Of a stretch of DNA of 64,000 nt, positions 1-13,700 are shown piece by piece; the stretch's first letter is position 1; every line of letters starts with the position of its first letter. Made by a program: the position numbers and the translations under genes. Below the pieces are notes generated by a model that searched no databases, was not told the DNA's origin, and worked only from the letters and a program-made list of their open reading frames with translations. This DNA comes from Lama glama (Eukaryota), in NCBI GenBank assembly GCA_028534125.1, contig CM052817.1:100814001-100878000 (forward strand), given 5' to 3'.

Positions 1-1049
1 GCTTACAATCAAGGGCAGGCATTTATCTTTTCTCGCGAAGCTTATAATCAAGACAGGCATTAGTTGAATAATCACATGAACAAGCAAGTGCTGCCAAAAA
101 AAAAGATACTGAGAACACACAGAGGGGGCCTGGGTAGGCATGGATGGAGCTGAAATTTGGAGGATGAATGGGACCTGATGGGGCAAAGAGCAGGTGTCGG
201 GTGGCCAGGGCAGAGTTCAAGCAGAGGAAGCAGCAGGTGAGAAAGCCGGGGGAAGGAAGGGCAAAGGAGAGTCCCTGAGTTGAAGGAAGGCTGTTGACGG
301 AAGCACTGAGCCTGGAGGGATCCAAGAGGCAAAGGCAGGCTGCAGGCGTGCGGAGGACTTTGAGCTTCGTTGCAAGATCGACGGGAAGACATCTGAAGGG
401 TTTTAAGCAGCCAAGAGAAGGTGGGCAGAGACCTGAGCCTATTTGTGGTGTCCTTCCTCGTTCTCTTCTCTCTTTTTAATCCCCTCTGCTCCTACATTCG
501 TTCCCTTTTCCTGAAACTCACTCTCCACAAACTGAGCATCATTCGTCCAAGTCCCAGGGCTGATCCTTTTGCCCCTGTCCTCCCAAGTCTCTGCATGTGC
601 TCCTCGTTTTCCTGCTAAATGAAATCTAACTTCCCAGGCGAGAGTTCAAGGTCATTTTCTTGAATGACCATCTGTCAAAACCTTCCATCCTTCAGGACTC
701 TGCTCCAAGTTGATTCTCTCCCTGAGGTGTTGCCTGCTCTCCTCAACTCCAAGCCATCCTTGCTCTTGTGTCTCTGAGCCCTGTATCTGTTCCCTGCCAG
801 TCACTCGTCCCTCTCTGCATTTGGGCGCGAGACTTATCTGCCAAAACAGCTTGATGGGAGGATCCTGGCTTGCTCGCTGCCCCCGACAGGCCCCACGGTG
901 CCCCACTTAGAGCAAGGGGCTCAGTAAATGTCAACAGAAGGAACAGATGAATGGAAGTCAAATAAGTGGGCAAACAGCATCAAGGGTCACCTTTTGCAAA
1001 ATTTCTCTGTAGTCATAAAAATGGCAAGTCTACACAGTGTTCCTGGTAG

Positions 1050-1245
1050 ATGTAAGCTGGTTTTGGAAACCTGGATTCAGGTCCCAGCTCCACCACATGC
1101 TACCTGTGCGACCTCATCTCTGTGTGCCTCAGTTTCCTCATCTGTAAAATGGGGGTGATAACATACCTACTTGGGGAGTTAAGTGAGTTAATTCACAGGG
1201 ACACTTAGGAAAGTGCCTATTGCAGAGGAAGTACTCAATAAAAGT
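1050..1245 (+). mobile_element. MIR SINE
   Basis: Core GCCTCAGTTTCCTCATCTGTAAAATGGGG. Confidence 0.85.
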
Positions 1246-3066
1246 CTTCGTCATCGCCCTGTCACTGACTTAGAATGACTCTCACTATGTGAGCATGCCT
1301 TCTGTGACCCAGTGACCTACAAAACGGTGCCTGGGGCCAGGGCCCTGGGCAGCACGATTGCCTCCAAAGCTGTTCATCCAGGGAGACTCTCAGCAGCTCT
1401 GCCACTTAACAAAGTGAACCTGGCAGGTCTTTCAGCTTGTTCCATAGACTTCCGGTTTGTGCTGTTTCAGCCTCTGAACTGTGAACACCTTAAGGGCAGA
1501 GACCACACCAGCTTCAGCCAGCACTGTACAATCCTTAACACACTCCAGGCTCTTATGGTTGGGAGCATTCACGTGGATCAACTCGTGTGGTTTTCCCCCA
1601 AAATCTCAGGAAGCAACTGGGGCACAGAGAGGTTAAGTGACCTGCCCAGAGGCAAACACCCAGCATTTCAACCCAGGCAGTCCAACACCCGGGGCTCCGG
1701 GCTTCACCACACTCTCTCATCTCCCCTCCGCATCTCTAATGCCTGACACATAATAGGCACTCAATACATGTTTGCTTGAATGGATGGGTCTCAGTGGCAT
1801 CTTCGGGGAAGCCTTCTAGTACCTTCTCTATCCAGGATTTCTGACTGGCTTCCTCTCCCACTGACCCTTCTAAGCTCTCCAGTAGCCACTGCTAAGGGCC
1901 CCTGTTCTGTTCAGGAAACCCTTGTCTCCCCGCCCCTCCCCGGGCGGGGGGCGCTGCTTTAGGGAGTCACCTGGTAAAAGCCCTGATCCAAGGTCCACCC
2001 CCAGCCCTCTTCTCACGTCCTCTTTCTTAGAAAGAGATAAGAGGAGACCCCTAAGAATAAGAATTGCTTTACTAGGCTCATGAAATTAAGAATGATTTGG
2101 GCGGGGGGAGGGGGCGGCAGGGAGGAGGATTTCAACCAGACTGTATTTTCAATAACTTTTTACTCTATCAAAGTTGTGTGTATTCATTGTAGAAACTTGG
2201 GCAGCTACCAAAGCGCACAACAAAGAGAATTTTAAATGGAGAATATTTTTGCTCTTTATTCAAAATCTTCTTTAATGTTAAACGATCCTTCGAGCAAGAA
2301 AATGAAAAGAACCCAAGTGATTAGATATGATGCATCACGGGGCGAGAAGATCTTGCCCATTCTGCCTTGTTCTTGTTTAGCGTCTCAGAGACTTGACAAC
2401 CGCCTTAATAACCCCTCCGCTCCTGTCCTGAACAGTGGCTTCCTCCACAAGCTATACGCAGAGTTCCAAAAACTACCCTGCTTCTCCCATAGTCCCTGAA
2501 GAGACAGGGGCAAACTGTCTGGGTTACAGGAGTGTGTGTAGAAAAATCTAGGTATTCCACACTATATAGCAAGTCTTTGAGGGCTTCTTACCTTTTTTTT
2601 CAGTATCTTTTCTCCTACCCACCAAAATGGTCCTGGTCACATACACCTAAATATATTCAGTCAGTTTTGCAACTAAGATTCAAAAGACATGTGTGCTGTA
2701 AGAATATTAGACCTAAAATTCAGACTCTTCTAGGTTTGGGGTCTTAATATTTCTGCTTTGGAAAACTTACCCATTCTATTATTTTTTTAAACTTCTATTA
2801 CAAAGGTTATGGATATTTACTGCAGAATATTTGGGAAATATTTAAAATGCACAGAAGACTGGCAAAGCATCCGTAAATCCACCATCCCGAGGACCGGGCC
2901 AGTTCTGGAGCTCTGACTCCTTGAACGTGGGTAAGTGAGTGGAACGGGAATGAGAAACACATCTAATGGAGAGTAACTGTGTCCTTGGCTGGTCCCAAAT
3001 GCCCTGCTTCCGGTCATAGCACTCTGATTCCCCTTGGAAACTGCTTCCCACTGCATCCTCTTCTCC

Positions 3067-3118
3067 ACAACCAACCAACCAACTAATCAATAACCCATCA
3101 ACCCAACCAATCAACCAG
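3067..3118 (+). repeat. Degenerate (CCAA)n tetranucleotide repeat
   Basis: CAACCAACCAACCAACTAATCAATAACCCATCAACCCAACCAATCAACC. Confidence 0.75.
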
Positions 3119-3829
3119 TACCTATAGCACATGTGTGCACACATGCGCACACTTTAACCTGTGGCCGTAGAAAGAGATGTCCATCCCAGTCAGTCCCAAT
3201 CCCCATTTGTCACAAGGTTAGACATAAAACCCAGACAGTCGGATTTGTTCTGGGGGATTTTTGTAAATTTGAGGCAAGGGAAGAGATTCCCTTCTGCTCT
3301 GATGGTAAAGATAGAAAGATGAGCCCCCTGGAGCTACCAGCTGCCATCGTTACAGCCCCATGGAGAAAGGTGGTCCCAGAATGAAGGAAAGACAGAAAAC
3401 TGAAGAAGCCTTGTATCTGAGTCCCTGTGGCTCCAGCTACATCCAGTACTGGCTGTCTTCCTGCCATTCCCAATTTGGGTCCATGAGTTCATAATCGGTT
3501 ACAGATGACTGATTATCTACTATTTGGGATACAGAGATGCCTAAGACTTTTTCATCCCTATCCTCAAGGTGCTCACAACCAATCTGATGTACTGAGAGTA
3601 TTCATAAATGTCTGTGTCTGACCCACCCACAGCCTCCTCTGGGCTGTGGCTCATGCCTCATGAAGTGGGTGAAACCAAAATGACCGGACCAGGGATGTAC
3701 GTCTAAGCCAAAGACAGTCATAGAGGCACTGGACCCAGGGATGTCATATGTTCCTCAGGAAACTTGATGTGAGTTTCCCTAACATATTTCCTCTGTGTTA
3801 CTTAGGGCTACATCAATTTCAGCAGATCA

Positions 3830-4350
3830 TATTTTCCAGAGATGCCTGCAACATATCTCTTATCTCACTTGTCTTCTCACAATGTGACCTTGACACTGGT
3901 CCCATTGTACAGCCTCTCTACCTTGAACTCTGTGACTGTCTCAAAAAACAGCGTAAGGCAGAAGTGATGGGATATAATGTCTGCATCCAGCTTACAAAAA
4001 TACCATGTACTTCCCCTTTGTTCTCTTGGGACACTTGCTCTTGGAACCCAGCTACCAGGCTGTGTGGGAGCCTAAGAAGTCTATGGAGAGCTCCACAGTG
4101 GGAACCAAGGCCCCTGGGCCCCAGACCTGTCTGTGCTCCAATACAACAGCCGGTACCAACTTGCCAGCCATGTGAGCAACCACCTGACAGTGGAGCCTCA
4201 GCCTCAGCTGCTGCCACATGGAACAGAGATAAGCCATTCTTACTAAATATTACCCAAATTGAAAACTTGGGATCAAAATTAATGCATGCTGCTGTTTTAA
4301 GCTACTACATTTTGAGGTGGTTTGCTAGGTACAATAGATGGCCAAAGCAC
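3830..4350 (+). mobile_element. MaLR LTR (MLT1-like)
   Basis: CTCTTGGAACCCAGCTACCA, CCAGCCATGTGAG and terminal GCTGTTTTAAGCTACTACATTTTGAGGTGGTTTG motifs. Confidence 0.8.
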
Positions 4351-5034
4351 CGATTCAACCAGATTTTCTCTCTTGGAAAGTAAAATGCATCCACAGATGG
4401 CCCTTGAACCCTCAACAATGCTCCGCTTCCTGTTCCGCACAAGCCTTCTGTACAGGCTGGCATGACTGTGCCTGTGACAGAGGTGATATTTCAGGCTACT
4501 TTAAATTCTTTCAGATTCTAGCGCTGGCACATGTTCTTGAGGGTATCTGGGCATCTCTCCATCGCAGCCTTCAAGAAAACAACTGCCATCCTGTTGACTT
4601 CAGCTCCAGTAAGTGGGAATTTAATTTTTTCCCCTGGGTAACCAAACCTTTACCAGTACTCAGGTCCAGAAACCAGGTTTTTTTTTTTTTTCCTTTTCAC
4701 CCCTCTTCTAAGCCCTGGCTTTTTTTCTCAGCATGATACACCATTTCCACTGGCTCTGAGGTCCCGCCCTCACTGCAATCCTGCAGCTTCTGTTACTTCT
4801 TATCTCAGGGGGTGTCCACCTTCAGGCCTCCTTGACAATGACTGACATCTTCTAAACCGTTTTCCTATTGCTTGTTAATGGGAGGCAGTGTCCTATAGCG
4901 TCTGAAGCATGTGCTTTGCCGTTGGGGAGACGTGGGACGAGTTTATAAGTTCTCTAAGCCTACCTTAAAAGCATATCAGGAGTGTTAACATGAGATGCTG
5001 TATTAAGTGTTTAGCTCCATCAAATACCCAATAT

Positions 5035-5457
5035 TCTGTCGCTTGGAGAAACAACCCTCACCGGTGGGTGTGACAGGTACCAACCATAAGACTACAGTTC
5101 CCTGCTGCCTTCCAGAAAGGTTGGCCAGAAAGATGAGGGGCTTCACTGGGCTGGTGGGGAAGAGGCTGACCTAGTTTGGAGGTTCCCCACTCCCACTGGT
5201 TCCCACACTCCCCATCTTGTGAATACCATGCTGGAGCTGGACCAACCACCTTGGATCAAGCAGCCCCGCAGATGGAAGCTCTGCACCACTGGACATGCGG
5301 GAGGGTCAGCAGGAGCCGGGGTTCCACGTGACCACGGAGTTACCATACCAGCTTACCTTTGTTCTCCTTCATGTGCGAGAAAAAACCAATCTTGTTAAAA
5401 AACAATTTTATGTTGTCTCTAGCATTAGAGGCTGAACTTAATTCTTAACCGATACAC
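5035..5457 (+). mobile_element. Possible ERVL LTR (LTR16/33-like) remnant
   Basis: Terminal GCTGAACTTAATTCTTAACCGATACA resembles ERVL LTR ends. The interior is degenerate. Confidence 0.4.
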
Positions 5458-6175
5458 ATAATAAATGCTAGTTGGATTATCATTCTCGCTTAGCATCATC
5501 TCCCTACCTCTGGGAAATTGTGTGAGCTCTGGGGCCAAGTCAGCTCCAGGCTGAGCTGCCCACCACTTTAATTGCTCAGTCATCCCAGTTAGAATAGAAA
5601 GGAAATACCCAATGTAACAGACCGTAGAGGCTTAGTGATGCCACGACTGACCAGGTTTTACTTTACTTGGGGCCATGAGGAGTCTTCTGCTCATCGTTTG
5701 TCAATGTAGTGATTAGTTTTTGTGACCTGCAAGAATGCATCCTAATTCAAGGAATTCTTCATGTTATCTACATGTTACGAACCTGACAGTCAGCCTCGCT
5801 GTAACTGCTATAATGTCAAGGTATGGAGAATGAGATTAGAATTAAAGGCATAAAGAAAAGCGAGTAATCAAGAAAAAGAGAAGGCTTAATCTCTAGGATT
5901 TTTCCATTTTTACTAAAAATATTTTTTAAAATTATATTCCCATAGACAATTAAAATTTCATTCCTCAATTTAAAAATATTTTGTCAGAAGGGAAAAAGAC
6001 AAGAGTGTGTAATAGTGTCTTTTAGATAGGCAGGTAATCCACTTAATTTTTAGTCTGGACAATTTTGTATAAAGCAGGTTCAATCCTATAAGAACTTTTT
6101 GAATTGACATTGTTTTATTTTAAAGTGGTATATGGATCAAGAATGCAGTTATGAAGGTTAACAATCCTCCTTTTT

Positions 6176-6304
6176 AAATTTTTTTTTGGGGGGAGTAATT
6201 AGGCTTATTTGTTTATTTATTTATGTTTAGAGGAGGTACTAGGAATTAAACCCACAGCCTCGTGCATGCTAAGCACATGCTCTGCCACGAGCTACACCTT
6301 CCCC
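6176..6304 (-). mobile_element. tRNA-derived SINE (camelid Vic-1-like)
   Basis: Pol III A/B box-like head and A-rich tail. Flanking duplication AATCCTCCTTTT at 6163-6174 and 6311-6322. Confidence 0.9.
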
Positions 6305-7269
6305 TGCAATAATCCTCCTTTTCAAGAGTCATGGAAGTTAAGTTAAAAGGATTTTTCCTTTATAAAAATGCATAATTCACTTCTTTACTGTAGTCATCAA
6401 CATTTTAGTAAATAAGTCTCTTATTTTCAAATAAATGTTTATTCTAAATATTGGCACACATTAATTATGCAGAAGTTAATGTGGAAGATATTCTTTCCTC
6501 CTATCTCGTAGTGCTTTTTCAATTAAATTTAGAGTGCTTTTCAATCTATCACTGCTGAATGGGCAAGCTGGCACGCAAATTTTTATATATTTCTTTATTT
6601 TTATTAAAAAAAAAACTCTGCAGCAGAGAATAGAATAATCTATAGCTTTATATATATATACCTGACATTTATAAAGCCAAAGTCATAAAGAAAAAATAGT
6701 ATTATATATATTATTCTCAGCATAGAAGGTAGGAGAAAAACTCTGAAATCAGTCTTAAAATCAGTCTTAAAACTTCGACAGTTTGCAAATCAGTTCTAAT
6801 CAGTAGCAATGAGACCATTTTTTATGAGGCTTACTTACGTTGCTGGGACAAAAGCCAAGTGATAAAAATGACATCTGATGATCTCACCGACACCCTGAGG
6901 AAATACTTGACATTGCTTGTAAAATGAGAGCATCCAGCCCAGTGTTTTTTATACATTAATCTCACTTTCAACTTTAAAAGCAAGATACACACATACTAAA
7001 TTTTTACTGACCTATCAGATTATTTTTAACTTGTTAAATAACTACAATTCCTGCTCTTTTGAAAGATGACATTTATTATACATGCAGTTTTCATATGTTC
7101 TGTATGTTGTTTATAATTTCAGGAGTTTCCCCTAAGGTGGAGTAATTCAGTGACTACTCTCAACTGATCTTTATACTGGAAAAGATATTGCTCACTGTTT
7201 GTAGTATCTAGAGATCATTAATTTGGTCCTTTCCATGCAGACCAAAGAAGTGAAAAATGCAAAGAATAG

Positions 7270-10200
7270 GCTTTTTGTAAAAAGCCCAATTATTTATTTA
7301 CAACGTACCAAAGACCTGTGATGGGAGCTAAGGAGGATGATTGACGGAGCCCTCTGCACCTGGAGTCCAACTGCAAAAGGACGTCCTCCACCTGTGGTTG
7401 TCCTTAAGTAGTTCACGTGTATTTCTAATCCTAATTAGAATTAATCTAATTCGATAATTTTTAATGAAATTAGAGTCTTCATGTTATTGTAAGCACTTTG
7501 GTTTAAGAATTTAACTTCTTAAAATATTATTTCAAAAAGGGTGCAGAGAATCTCTAGAGTTGATTTTTAAAGTTTTATTTTATGTAATTGTACGGATTAG
7601 CTGTCTCATGAACATGACATATTATTTAGTAAAGGTAATAGGGCAAAAAGCAAAACAAATTAAAAAAAAAAAGAACACACCAGATATCTACAAATAACCA
7701 TCCCCAAAAGGACTAAGAGGAAAATAAAATTGGGGTGCCAGACAAGACAGTATCAAGGCCAATGTCTAAGAGCTGTTCAAAAAAAATAATTCAGGCAATT
7801 GGCTATTCGGGTTATGCAATTATTAATAACCAATTTGACTGTGTCCACTTCACACTAAAATGCAGTGATCTTCTGGTTATTGTAAGATTTATGAAATGTA
7901 ATCTAGGAATAAGCTACTCTGGACTGTTTATGGCAGATATTAAATGGAAACCCCAGAATTCATCCTGAGTGGGAAAAAGCAGCATGTGTAAATTTAATTC
8001 AGGAGGAAAATGTCAATGTTTTCCCCACGATGAGAGTTTCAGCCATGTCTTCCCAGTGTGAAGCCACGTCTTATCACTCCACTATATTCAGAATTTGTAC
8101 TAATTCTAACAGAAGCTGAAATTAATGTCTACACTTTATGTTTATTCAACATAAGGGCCTTCTCCCAGAGATGGTGAAAACTGATAGTTTAAACAACCAA
8201 AATAAAAGAATGGACAAAAGCATTTTTAAAGCGCCCATTTACATGGCTAGAGCCATAAGGGTGATCAAAAGCAGCAGTCACCCCGTGGATATCAAGGTTG
8301 ATCCGTGCCGTGTGCTCGGTGTGCGGGTAACACTGACCTTCCCAGAGAGAGGAGTCACATCACTGAGTTAAGACGGATATTTTCACACCTTTATTAAAAC
8401 AAGTTTCCTGAGGAGTTCAACTAGGCAACGTTGTAACCTAGTTTGCTTAATAGGTACAAAATGCAATAAAACCTTATACATCTTTAAAATATTCTACAGT
8501 CAGACGTGGCTCTGATCGGCTACCCAATCAGGGCAAATGATTAAGATTCTTACGAACAATAGTCTGAAACATAAAAGTTAAGTTTGGGTTTAAAAACAAT
8601 TCTCAGAATGAGCATAAATCTATGATGCCTCTTGATCAGATAGTAATAAAAGGACAGAGTGCTAGTATTGCCCCTCGACTGTTCTGACCCATACAAATGT
8701 TATATATCTTGCCAGAATAAAATCCTTTTTTAAAGTGCCTTGCACAGGGTGCCATTATAAAGGTTAGTACATTTTTCAGATATAAACTCAGTGACGTTTG
8801 CTGAAGCTTACTTCTTGTGGGAATTGAAGTTACCTTAAATACTGAATGAGACCGCTTTTATCATATCATAAAATATCACTTGATCAAAGTGAGACTCCAA
8901 GACCACACATACGTCTCTGAACTGCTGAAGTCCATTACTCAATAGGGTTGGGTGACGTCTACAGGCCTAAGTGCTGGATTAAAATCTTAAGAAACCAAGA
9001 GAAGGAAGAGACTCTTCTGAGAGTCAAAATGCTGATGAGAAGCAAACTTAAAGTAACAAAACAGGCAGACAGGATGATGTGGAAAATGGCCATTTTGGCA
9101 CAGGCAGCTGAGAGTCACCGTGGACCACAAGTTGAATGCGAATATGCCAAAGAACAAAGAAAGCAAAAATGCCACATCAGGATGTGCTGCGGAGAATACA
9201 GCAGACAACTCTGTTGAGGTTATATATCAAGAAGCCTGTCTTTTGCCAAAGCTCCGTGCAGTCCCAGGATGACACAATAGCAATGGTTAAACACAATCCG
9301 ATGGTTCTCTCATTGGGGTGGAAAGACCTCCCTGGCTTGGAACTCTGCCTTTAAAATTACGGGCATCGTTCAGAAGGCCAGTGCTGGTGAAGGAATTCTG
9401 AAAAGCCGGAGGACGGTTTCATTATGCATTAAGGCAGCCTCTCAAACCCAAGACCCCAAATCCAGCAGCAAATGTTTGGTGAACCTCAACCCCTCCCCCC
9501 CACCTTCAGTTCATATGTGAGGCATAAAATAAAGTTTCCATTCTCTGTTTCTTTTCTGGAATAAAATACCAGGTGCCGTGGAAGAGCTGAGGACTCCCAA
9601 TTTGCAAGATTGCTTTAAAGGTCAGAATTGGAAAATTAAGGATTAAATGGAGATTGATTTTGCGTGTGTTGGAGTGATAAACAGGGTCCTTCTGCATTTT
9701 GCTCCATTGCTTTTAGCACAAGGATGTCAACAAAAATCACGGAGAATGTCATCTCTGTGGGGCTGGTGGTGGCCCCCTGGGGAGCTGTGTTGAGAACATG
9801 GGGAAGGGGGGGCCTGTCCCAGCCGGTGGGAAAGATCGTGGGTCCGAGGAGGGGTAACTGTCACTGGCACAGAGCGATCCCATACCTGTTTTATTTGTTT
9901 CCCATGACCCTAAAGATCTCAGAGACACAGAAGATACCTGAGGAGGCCCACGTGCACACGCCCCACACCAACGCATCACATGTGAGGGAGGTGTGGCGAC
10001 GACAGCTGTGGGGAATTGGGAACAGGGAGCTGATTTTAGCTGAGAAGGAAAACAGTTGCTCTTTCATTGAATATTCCTGTTCCTCCATCACCTGGCCGCT
10101 AGGGGTCCACAAGCCACCAGACGACATCCCCACAGGACGGTGGGCTCTTTCCCTGTGTCTCCTTGGCAGGCAGACCTGAGCTCACCAACCCCCTGGGCTG

Positions 10201-10746
10201 GGGGATACATTGAAAGACTTGCTTTGCTGGCTGCCTTTTCCAAGGCATAACTCCCCTTGAGAAAAGTTCCTGTGAATGTCACTGACCCATCCGAGGACTT
10301 GACTAATCAGAAGAAATAATCCAAAGCTAGTTTAGGTCATCAGGTGACCCAGAAGGAAACCAGAGATAAGACAGCTGCCTGATTCACACCCTAAGGAATG
10401 AAGCAGAAGGGTAACCAGGACTTAGCGTGGCCAGGATGAAGGGACAGTTAGCTGAGGTTGGCTGAGCAGAGGGAACAGCCCCTGAGGGAAGGTGCCTGCA
10501 TCTTACGACTCTTCTGCCCTCAGTGATGGATGGCATCTGGCCTTGGCCTAGGATTTCCCAACCATGCCTGCTTCCAAGTGCAGGTGATGCACTGCGCATT
10601 GGAAGAAACAGCAGAAAGTTATTCTGTTTACGTTGATTGGAAATTAATTAAATTCGTATCCTCTTCATCCTCTGTTGACAAGCCCAGCAGGCTTCCAGGC
10701 TTCCTCCGGGGATGCTTCTCTTGGAAAACATTAGTACCATTCAGTT
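7270..10746 (-). other. TMEM154: Putative TMEM154 3' UTR, distal end uncertain
   Basis: Repeat-poor sequence downstream of the stop codon. Minus-strand AATAAA hexamers at 9890-9895, 8390-8395, 8141-8146 and 7293-7298. Confidence 0.5.
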
Positions 10747-10762
10747 TTAGGATTCATCATCA
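10747..10762 (-). CDS. TMEM154: TMEM154 exon 7 coding part (SDDES-stop)
   Basis: Poly-T tract plus ctacag|T GAT GAT GAA TCC TAA. Resembles the recalled human C-terminus SDSES. Confidence 0.9.
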
Positions 10763-13700
10763 CTGTAGAAAAAAAAAACAACAGAACAATAGTATATATT
10801 TCCAGAAGCAACTGAGAGCTGGTCACTCCGCTGAGGGGGTGACTCAGGAGAGCATGACAGATCAGGAAGCCAACAGCACCCAGGTTACAATTTCCAAAAC
10901 AAAGGTCGGCTTGGATTTTATATTTGATTCCTGAGGAGGAAATCCAGGAAAGCCAAGAAATAATCCTTCACTCTTGTTCTCAGCTCCCTCCCCAGGGCTG
11001 ACATGGAGAGAACCAGATGGAGCTGAGATTCCTCCTTTCATTAAATCTAATCCCATTCTCTGTGAAATAGATGCCAGGCGCCTTTTTTTCCCCTTTTTAA
11101 AAAATTTCCATGGATTATTTTCTCTCAGGAGTTTGTGGTCCTGGCATGTTGTCAAAAGCACATTTTGTTCATATCCACAAAAGGATCAGAGGTGCCTACT
11201 CAGTGTCATTTAGAATTCGGTCCCCAGGCATCTCGGGGTGTGAGCAGACAGAAATTATGGACATGGTATTTGGACAGAACCATGCTGGCTGGCTAATTTC
11301 TGCTTTCGTTTCTAACTTGGCTATCGGGCCGCATATCTGGCTCTGCGGTTTCTTCCCCAGTGAGACCATGCCTCCTCCTAAGTCTCCAGGAAAGCTGACC
11401 ACTCGACACCCCCCACCGCCCGCCACCCCACAGGGGCTTCTGTTTTTAGTTTTATGTCCCTTCACCCAAGTTCTAGGATGTCCCTCCTTGAAGTGATCTC
11501 TTTCTCTGAGTAAGTGCTCGCCTGATCAGTGAAACACTAGGTGTTTCCAGAAGGACTCGGAAGCAACTTACTAGCTAGTTAGCTAGACATTGTGTGTTTA
11601 TGTGTCTGTGTTGTAAAGACAGGGAGGAAGCTGTGACACAGAAGAAGGAAAAAGGCAAATGTGGACAAAGGACAACTTCTGTAGCAACACTAATTCAGTG
11701 GAAACCTGTTTGAAAATTAAGACATCCTTTATCTGAAAAGTAGACGTAACAACCCAATCCACTTCAGCTCAACTCTTAAACTGGGCTAGGAGGCTTCATC
11801 TCTTAGAAATTGGGTGGTAGCAAAATAATATTTCCACGATCCAGGAGTTCATCTCTACAGAGCATAAGTCTCTGAATTGCATGTTTTCCTTTTGTGGCCT
11901 TATCTTGACATTTCCGCTACTCCAAGCAGACTGAAATACAAGGCAGAGTGGCAAGTGGACTTTTGTCCACAACCCTGATCTGTGTCTAGCAGTTGTAACA
12001 GAAGTGAGTTTTAAAATTAATTATGATAAAAGCCAATCCATATTCATTGTTGAAAATATAGAAAATACAAACAAGCAAAACAAAGCTATTAACAGTCTCA
12101 CTACAAGTTAATATTTTGGTATTTACTCCCCCAAACTTTTTTTCCTGCAATAATGATACGTATTCTTTTTGTATAAAGATGGAATCATCTTATGTGTATA
12201 GTGCTATAACCTTTTTTCTTATTCTCATTCATACAGAGACATCTTTTCTTGCTAATAAATATACCGTATCTTTCTAGCATAGCATTCCATTGTCTCACTA
12301 GACCAAAAAAAAATTTCTTTTTTAGCCACATCCTTGTTAAACATTTAGGCTATTTCCAATTTAAAATTTCTATTTATTATAAAAATTGCTACATCTTTGC
12401 ATGCTTCCAGGTCTTACCTTTACATAAGTATCTAGAAGAGGAATTGCTGGGTTAAAATATATGCAGTTTTAAAGCTGGGCCAGTCAAATGTCAAATTATC
12501 CCCCTTCCCTAGAAATTTTCTGAAATTTACTTCTCCAGACACTTTCCTTCAGGGAAATATCCTTTCCCCTACATCCTGTCTAATACTGGATATTACTATT
12601 TTCAGTTTTTGTAAATTCAATAGGTGAAAATAATATTTACCTTAACTTTTTCTTTGGTTATTTTTTATTGTTGTTACCAGGAAGACTAAAGTTTTTTTCC
12701 AAGCTCTATCGGTAATTAAAATTTCTTCTTTTGCTGATTTGCTTATTAATATTTTTTGTTCATATTTAAAAGGGGACAATTATCTTGTTTATTGATTTGT
12801 ATATTAAGAGTAATTTTTTTGTTCATCGTTCATATTGTACACACTTTCTCCCAGTTTGTCATTTTCCTCCTCATTTTATTTACTGTATTTTTTGAAGTAC
12901 AGAAAACCTGAGTTTTTAATGTTGTCTACCCTTTACTGACGTGGTTTTTGACTGTGTGTCATGCTTTTAAACCAGTCCTCACCTTAAATTTATAATATTG
13001 ATCTATATTTTTCCTTTCTTTTTCAAGTTTAAACTTATCTGGAGTCTATTTTAATCTAAAGTGTCAGGTAGAGTTTTAAATTTTCCCTCCAAATGTTAGT
13101 TGGTAAGACTATTGAATAATCTACTTGCTATGAATTGCTACTTTTATAATATATTAAATGTTTAATATACTTGAGTCTGTTTTGAATATTCTATTCTGTT
13201 TCACTAATATTTCTTATTTGGTACTAGGTGTACCCAGTTTTAATTATTGGAGCATATTTCCTGCTAACTCTTCTCCCCTGCCCCCCCCACAATTGTTCTT
13301 TTCCCTTCTTTTAGAATTACCCTATTGTGCAGTTTTTCTTCTAGATGAAATGTTCATTGGGATCTTTAAGAGACTGAGTTGAATTTAAAATGATCATTTT
13401 TTACACCATTGAGTCTTTCATCCAGGAATGCAGTATGTCCCTCCCCATTTGTTAAATCTGTTAGGTCCCTCAATAAAAACTCAAACGACTTCTTTTTCTA
13501 TTACCCCGAACATTGTTGATGAAGTTTAGGCCTGGGTATTTCATCATTTCTCGGGCTGTTTTTATGGTCGTGCTGATGATGGTTTGTGCCAACAGTGGCT
13601 TTTCTAGCCCAGGATCAGGTGGCGGGGGCTTGAATCAGGGCTCAGCCACTTCCTGGCTGTGTGCCCTTGAGCAAGTTAACCTTTCTGACCCCAAATTTTC

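Noticed and set aside
3748..4383. Longest ORF in the track (211 aa, plus strand)
   Set aside because: Lies almost entirely within an MLT1-like LTR and has no recognisable domain. Most likely a chance ORF.
7269..7286. Histone-type 3' stem-loop
   Set aside because: GGCTTT...AAAGCC resembles it, but the loop would be 6 nt instead of 4, the flanking consensus is missing and there is no histone ORF.
9664..10179. 171-aa plus-strand ORF
   Set aside because: Non-ATG (GTG) start, antisense to the putative TMEM154 3' UTR, and no recognisable protein features.
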